Shown here: piece after piece, positions 63,201 to 64,000 of the stretch
Layout of the letters: each line of letters opens with the position of its first letter
How positions within the stretch are numbered: the first letter of the stretch is position 1
Assembly (NCBI GenBank): GCA_048634245.1
Contig: JAIWAR010000003.1
Location: forward strand, 2,401 to 66,400
From: Methanosarcinales archaeon
Lineage (GTDB): Bacteria > Omnitrophota > Gorgyraeia > Duberdicusellales > 4484-171
Direction: 5' to 3'
Length of the DNA stretch: 64,000 nucleotides
Position numbers and translations under genes: made by a program
Notes under the pieces: model-generated
Seen by the model: the letters and a program-made list of their open reading frames with translations, nothing else
The model's database searches: none
Told to the model about the DNA's origin: nothing

Positions 63201-64000
63201 AGAGCCTTATATTTGTAGGTAAACAAGGGACAGGAAAAAGTGTATTAGCTGAAACTATAGGTATACTGTTAGACGGAGAAGAAGTTCCTCAAATAGAAAT
63301 CAAGAAAGATACAGATAAAGAAGAATTGACATTTAAGCCATATTTAAGAGGAGCGATATCAGGGTTTGATTACGGGCCTTACGCTGTAGGGGTGAGAGAT
63401 CATAAGACAGTGATATCAGAAGAAACTACCCAAGGCCAGCCGGGAGTAATCGGAGTAAGTAACGAAGCTATAGAAAGACAGTTTATGGTGCATCCTGACG
63501 GGACAAAAATAGGGAAAGAAGGAGACGGAAGATTCGGGGTAATTCATGCAATAAACCCGCCCGGTAACACCAGGTTTTCAGTAAAAGCATTTAGCGACGA
63601 ATATATAGAACGGCACGCGGTATTATGGTTTGAGACATCGAGCCCGGAAGAGATGTACAATTACCTGTTACCGGTGTCAGAAAGGAAAGGAATAAGAGTT
63701 AATCCGCGGATAATCGGAGAAAAGTTAAGAGATGCCGACGGAGAAATAGCATTAGTAAACGGGCAGGAGAAATGGATAGGATTAGTAGGTATGGTCCAGG
63801 ATTTATTGATAAAAGAAGAGACCAATCCTTTAGATAAAAAGTTACCGTTACGAATACCTGGATACAGAGCATTAAAGAGCTTAATAAAAGATATGCGCAG
63901 TTACTGGGAAGTAAACGCGGCATTTAGTAAAGATCATAGGCAGGAACTGTTATTAGATAAATTTTTAGATAACTTTGTAATGGAAGGCAGCCCGGAAGAA
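2..64000 (+). CDS. Giant multidomain protein / putative polyprotein, >=21,333 aa, partial at both ends
   Basis: Frame +2 reads ETVFRNREEQ... at the start and ...FLDNFVMEGSPEE at the end. I met no stop while translating, and the track has no frame +2 ORF (all listed + ORFs are frame 3), as expected for a stop-free frame. Recognisable enzyme motifs stay in this frame throughout. Confidence 0.96.
257..2083 (+). other. Module: divergent glucosylglycerate/mannosylglycerate synthase-like GT-A glycosyltransferase (copy 1)
   Basis: IGLLIPYY, GKGRG, HLDAD, PYYVRPIFDGMIT, EQIIAGDF, FGYD, LGEKLH. Confidence 0.7.
2093..3391 (+). other. Module: glucosylglycerate synthase-like GT-A glycosyltransferase (copy 2)
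   Basis: DIVIGIPF, GKG, FIDAD, RYARYKHSATITNHLAY, RQPIGGEF, YGVDNWLTT, LGIKAH; DGG on both sides. Confidence 0.82.
3401..5700 (+). other. Module: YvcK/GlmR/CofD (UPF0052) family with large insertions (copy 1)
   Basis: GGTGG, SPHDTGGASRKL, PSPGDTMN, MGPGSFYTSL. Confidence 0.8.
5867..6796 (+). other. Module: degenerate HAD-IIB (Cof/PMM-like) phosphatase fold
   Basis: LIISNFKHTL in place of DxDGTL, VVITG, AECSGA, DRGAQITL, GGTGAINI. Confidence 0.55.
6851..9226 (+). other. Module: YvcK/GlmR/CofD family with large insertions (copy 2)
   Basis: GGTGG, SPHDDGGASRKL, PSPGDTMN, MGPGSIYTSLLP; colinear with copy 1. Confidence 0.82.
9166..9196. repeat. REP-like imperfect palindrome read in frame (PPYAKASEGR)
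   Basis: cccccc-tac-gct-aa-agc-ttc-ggaggg-cagg: a GC-rich hairpin in an AT-rich linker just before DGG 9227. Confidence 0.5.
9236..10050 (+). other. Module part: TPR-like helices + Nudix (IDI-like) domain
   Basis: YYKRGLGQLNDGKLEQALSSFYKAL; HKKGIWHATAQVLVIDQSGRMLIQVR...DLAASGHLKPNESY, with a degenerate Nudix box. Confidence 0.6.
10600..11974 (+). other. Module part: HAD-IIB phosphatase / phosphomannomutase-like
   Basis: Motif I DMDLT (10646), IISAN, GGSTSIDF..KDINK, AIGDE...GVD. Confidence 0.75.
11984..13609 (+). other. Module: phosphoglucomutase/phosphomannomutase (alpha-D-phosphohexomutase)
   Basis: FGTSGWRG, PTP, TASHNP (phospho-Ser loop), DGDADR (metal loop), VGFKW, GEES. Confidence 0.92.
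13619..14905 (+). other. Module: glucosylglycerate synthase-like glycosyltransferase (copy 3, near-identical to 2093-3391)
   Basis: Same motifs as copy 2 and long identical DNA stretches; the antisense shadow ORFs 2341..2550 and 13858..14067 are also near-identical. Confidence 0.85.
14915..20254 (+). other. ndvB: Module: cyclic beta-1,2-glucan synthase (NdvB/ChvB/Cgs): GT84 + TM helices + glucoamylase-like cyclisation domain + first GH94 beta-sandwich
   Basis: GYYLIDKG, WMGWERKRG, MAHPLNRP, FTGKGIYD, LLSHD, RWTRGDWQ, WLPPDN, VDSGN, YDLLASEARL, WGISESAY, YMSHHQGM. Confidence 0.9.
20264..22492 (+). other. Module: GH94 glycoside phosphorylase (Cgs C-terminal / cellobiose phosphorylase-like)
   Basis: TPRPWAHILAN, YQSGGAIGFRDQLQ, VQHWWHP, GDWNDG (catalytic Asp), RENGGQYTHAA, GWTWYTGAAAW. 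Confidence 0.92.
22655..23535 (+). repeat. 8 tandem HEAT-like repeats (111/114 bp; 37/38 aa)
   Basis: Unit LESKLTDxxWxVQQAAVxALASIYPELIQQGK(MS/TPD)LSA starts at 22655, 22766, 22877, 22991, 23102, 23216, 23327, 23441. Confidence 0.93.
23536..25075 (+). other. Module part: unknown domain, C-terminal part possibly GNAT-like
   Basis: YYFVYKGRELKGYMGL...ILTVDTMN...GKELL...GCSGIAL resembles the GNAT strand/helix order; weak. Confidence 0.3.
25085..26542 (+). other. Module: HEAT/PBS-lyase-like helices + TraB/PrgY(TIKI)-like domain with TM segments
   Basis: ERIDAMRDLADIGTPGAIDAL; PEAH..VDAVILES; hydrophobic stretch ~26010-26180; IVISYGAHH. Confidence 0.45.
26552..27277 (+). other. Module: lipoprotein signal peptidase II (LspA, peptidase A8)-like membrane protein
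   Basis: LIDQISK, GGLISN..ID..RGGSIDWI, MNIAD; several TM helices. Confidence 0.7.
27287..27886 (+). other. Module: minimal nucleotidyltransferase (Pol-beta superfamily)
   Basis: IVVYGSVAEG....SDLDFLVI. Confidence 0.8.
27896..29701 (+). other. pgi: Module: glucose-6-phosphate isomerase-like
   Basis: IGVGGS, VISKSGTT, GGRFS, HAES, QPWVVGYK. Confidence 0.8.
29711..30907 (+). other. Module: glyceraldehyde-3-phosphate dehydrogenase-like, divergent NAD-binding domain
   Basis: SCTSN (catalytic Cys), TIHAAT, PASTGAAK, YRV, YDN; no GFGRIG. Confidence 0.78.
30932..31762 (+). other. Module: zincin-like HExxH metallopeptidase candidate
   Basis: FAVHEFVHY at 31295; ends at a DGS variant (31763). Confidence 0.5.
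31772..33496 (+). other. Module: radical SAM domain protein
   Basis: QITKGCSHGCKGCYY (CxxxCxxC at 32660-32683), ITTRG, RFSLD; ends at DGS 33497. Confidence 0.8.
33599..33967 (+). other. Module: class I SAM-dependent methyltransferase, C-terminally truncated
   Basis: ILSLGCG, VVAMDF, QDIAEPFDFSNESFDVVYSHL, then DGG. Confidence 0.75.
33977..35098 (+). other. Module: unknown protein with two N-terminal TM helices
   Basis: LLGTFLLIVFIGFGLPFTLYLLY and FLIGILVAIPYLFGIIPYI. Confidence 0.5.
35108..36796 (+). other. Module: unknown; possible isochorismatase-like segment then helical repeats
   Basis: LFLTGGQFSDCI...IILVEEAIAD resembles the cysteine-hydrolase C-terminal motif; weak. Confidence 0.3.
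36806..38398 (+). other. gpmI: Module: 2,3-bisphosphoglycerate-independent phosphoglycerate mutase
   Basis: LVILDGWG, MGNSEVGH, DGRD, FFNFRADRARQ, AETQKFAHVTFFFNG, NADMVGHTG, ADHGNAE, HTTNPVP, MTGRSLI directly before KADGG. Confidence 0.95.
38408..38875 (+). other. Module: GNAT acetyltransferase
   Basis: PQRQGLGRVL (acetyl-CoA motif A), NARKFWLKQKF. Confidence 0.8.
38885..40078 (+). other. Module: two winged-helix-like segments + unknown domain
   Basis: LKELVKKGLV...IQLTEDAKELL and LLIEKGLLE...LKTTE. Confidence 0.45.
40088..41059 (+). other. Module: NADPH-dependent F420 reductase (NpdG)-like Rossmann oxidoreductase
   Basis: IIGSSS..KA, NEDAAKAANIVVIGVP, VVNAGNNI, VEVCTDN, MESRTP. Confidence 0.6.
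41069..42250 (+). other. Module: hydrophobic segment + coiled coil + C39-like (papain-fold) cysteine peptidase candidate
   Basis: PYNCF (Cys 41783), LENLPAGSMLIL, FHAVRY (His 42056), KVEVIDSDP (Asp 42104); His-Asp spacing 16 aa as in C39. Confidence 0.5.
42270..42420 (+). other. Gly/Ser/Ala-rich low-complexity linker
   Basis: ASSGAASEGSTGSGAAGSNADSSSGSADGGTLDSGGIGSG. Confidence 0.85.
42644..45886 (+). other. Module: ~1,080 aa helical/coiled-coil region of unknown function
   Basis: E/K-rich; charged single-helix-like stretch ~44590-44820; no motif recognised. Confidence 0.5.
46022..47420 (+). other. Module part: GH15 glucoamylase
   Basis: WPRDS, LGEP, WARPQNDGPALRA, YDLWED, GRYPQDTYDG, GNPW, SEQ, LTWSY. 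Confidence 0.92.
49019..49426 (+). repeat. Short unknown module, copy 1 (paralog of 55040-55474)
   Basis: GYESYFMENDGAQHLN...LIIFLLGSTNITTK...EMPLAAGNN...HKNIDF...WLAMRI.SPP...SASPYL occurs twice. Confidence 0.9.
49436..50695 (+). other. Module: pentein / amidinotransferase superfamily (agmatine or peptidyl-arginine deiminase-like)
   Basis: WMQD, QGGN, GHLD, TYNN, MPIYG, GGSYRC (catalytic Cys). Confidence 0.8.
50705..51790 (+). other. Module: unknown, possibly methyltransferase-like Rossmann fold
   Basis: ALYPCSGAD resembles a SAM-binding motif I; weak. Confidence 0.35.
51800..53791 (+). other. Module: coiled coil + small alpha/beta domain + C-terminal TPR repeats
   Basis: TPR-like units from ~53320 (RGKHNYQCGKFEDSLHY; VGDLLKAAGDREEAFKWYRWA). 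Confidence 0.55.
53801..54970 (+). other. Module: HAD-IIB phosphatase
   Basis: IIMDIDKTV, LLISG, NKA, IGIGDSTLD. Confidence 0.8.
54980..55474 (+). repeat. Short unknown module, copy 2 (collapsed paralog of 46013-49435)
   Basis: MTQR + LELKRTKFLGTEET + GYESYF...SASPYL; each piece matches a separate part of 46013-49435. Confidence 0.88.
55337..55374. repeat. In-frame palindromic (REP-like) insertion
   Basis: tgc-t-ctg-a-taccc-ttgtg-gg-cacaa-gc-gggta-cag-gca; absent from the paralog at ~49315-49325. Confidence 0.7.
55484..56437 (+). other. Module: GHKL/HATPase_c ATP-binding domain (anti-sigma/Ser kinase-like)
   Basis: N-box NIANLFQH, G1 IDTGGGF, G2 GEGL, KGTLI. Confidence 0.65.
56447..58330 (+). 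other. Module part: tandem zincin-like domains (one degenerate HGMIH, one intact HELVH)
   Basis: LITHGMIH ~56945; RATLIHELVHH at 57806 with a downstream Glu (GWEF). Confidence 0.55.
58331..61291 (+). other. Module part: CobT/ViaA-like protein: helical region, acidic/Ser/Gly-rich and coiled-coil linker, C-terminal vWA (MIDAS)
   Basis: LLIDRSGSM (60677), GWTDD, SIGDG, VFGISVG; low-complexity and coiled-coil stretch ~59310-60300. Confidence 0.8.
61301..64000 (+). other. Module (partial): tandem MoxR/dynein-related AAA+ ATPase domains
   Basis: Walker A GYTGLGKD (61994), Walker B GVIDE, GTLN, QDR; second Walker A GKQGTGKS (63218), ISEE, AINPP, IER. Confidence 0.85.

Noticed and set aside
466-63923. 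All ORFs in the supplied track (mostly minus strand, 60-242 aa; six in + frame 3)
   Set aside because: They are shadows of the frame +2 gene, with F/S/L/I-rich antisense composition and no recognisable motifs. Their repeats simply mirror + strand duplications.
2-64000. Alternative genetic code (stop-codon reassignment) as the cause of the long frame
   Set aside because: The frame is open under the standard code. I saw no in-frame TAA/TAG/TGA that would need recoding.
1-64000. rRNA, tRNA, transposases/integrases, inteins, promoters, terminators
   Set aside because: None recognised. The window is entirely coding, and junctions lack intein C/S...HN-C/S/T signatures.

Overview
The whole 64 kb window appears to be the interior of one open reading frame on the + strand (frame 2, 2..64000, 21,333 codons, open at both ends). 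The ORF track lists no frame +2 ORF because that frame has no stop, and everything it does list is a short shadow ORF. My manual translation reads as about 35 stand-alone-looking proteins joined end to end. They include glycerate kinase, 3 glucosylglycerate-synthase-like glycosyltransferases, 2 YvcK/CofD, 3 HAD, Nudix, phosphoglucomutase, a full cyclic beta-1,2-glucan synthase plus GH94, HEAT repeats, TraB-like, LspA-like, nucleotidyltransferase, PGI, GAPDH-like, zincins, radical SAM, methyltransferase, GpmI, GNAT, NpdG-like, GH15, pentein, GHKL, vWA and tandem MoxR-type AAA+. Almost every junction carries the tripeptide Asp-Gly-Gly (about 43 linker DGGs found by eye, only one inside a folded domain). 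Duplicated modules start and end at DGG. One module looks like a C39-type (double-glycine-cleaving) cysteine peptidase. Working hypothesis (inference): a bacterial giant polyprotein built from DGG-delimited cassettes and cut at GG, possibly by its own peptidase. Giant multi-enzyme ORFs are known from Omnitrophota, but the taxon is not shown by this sequence. All domain calls come from motif recognition without HMM searches, and internal boundaries are approximate.
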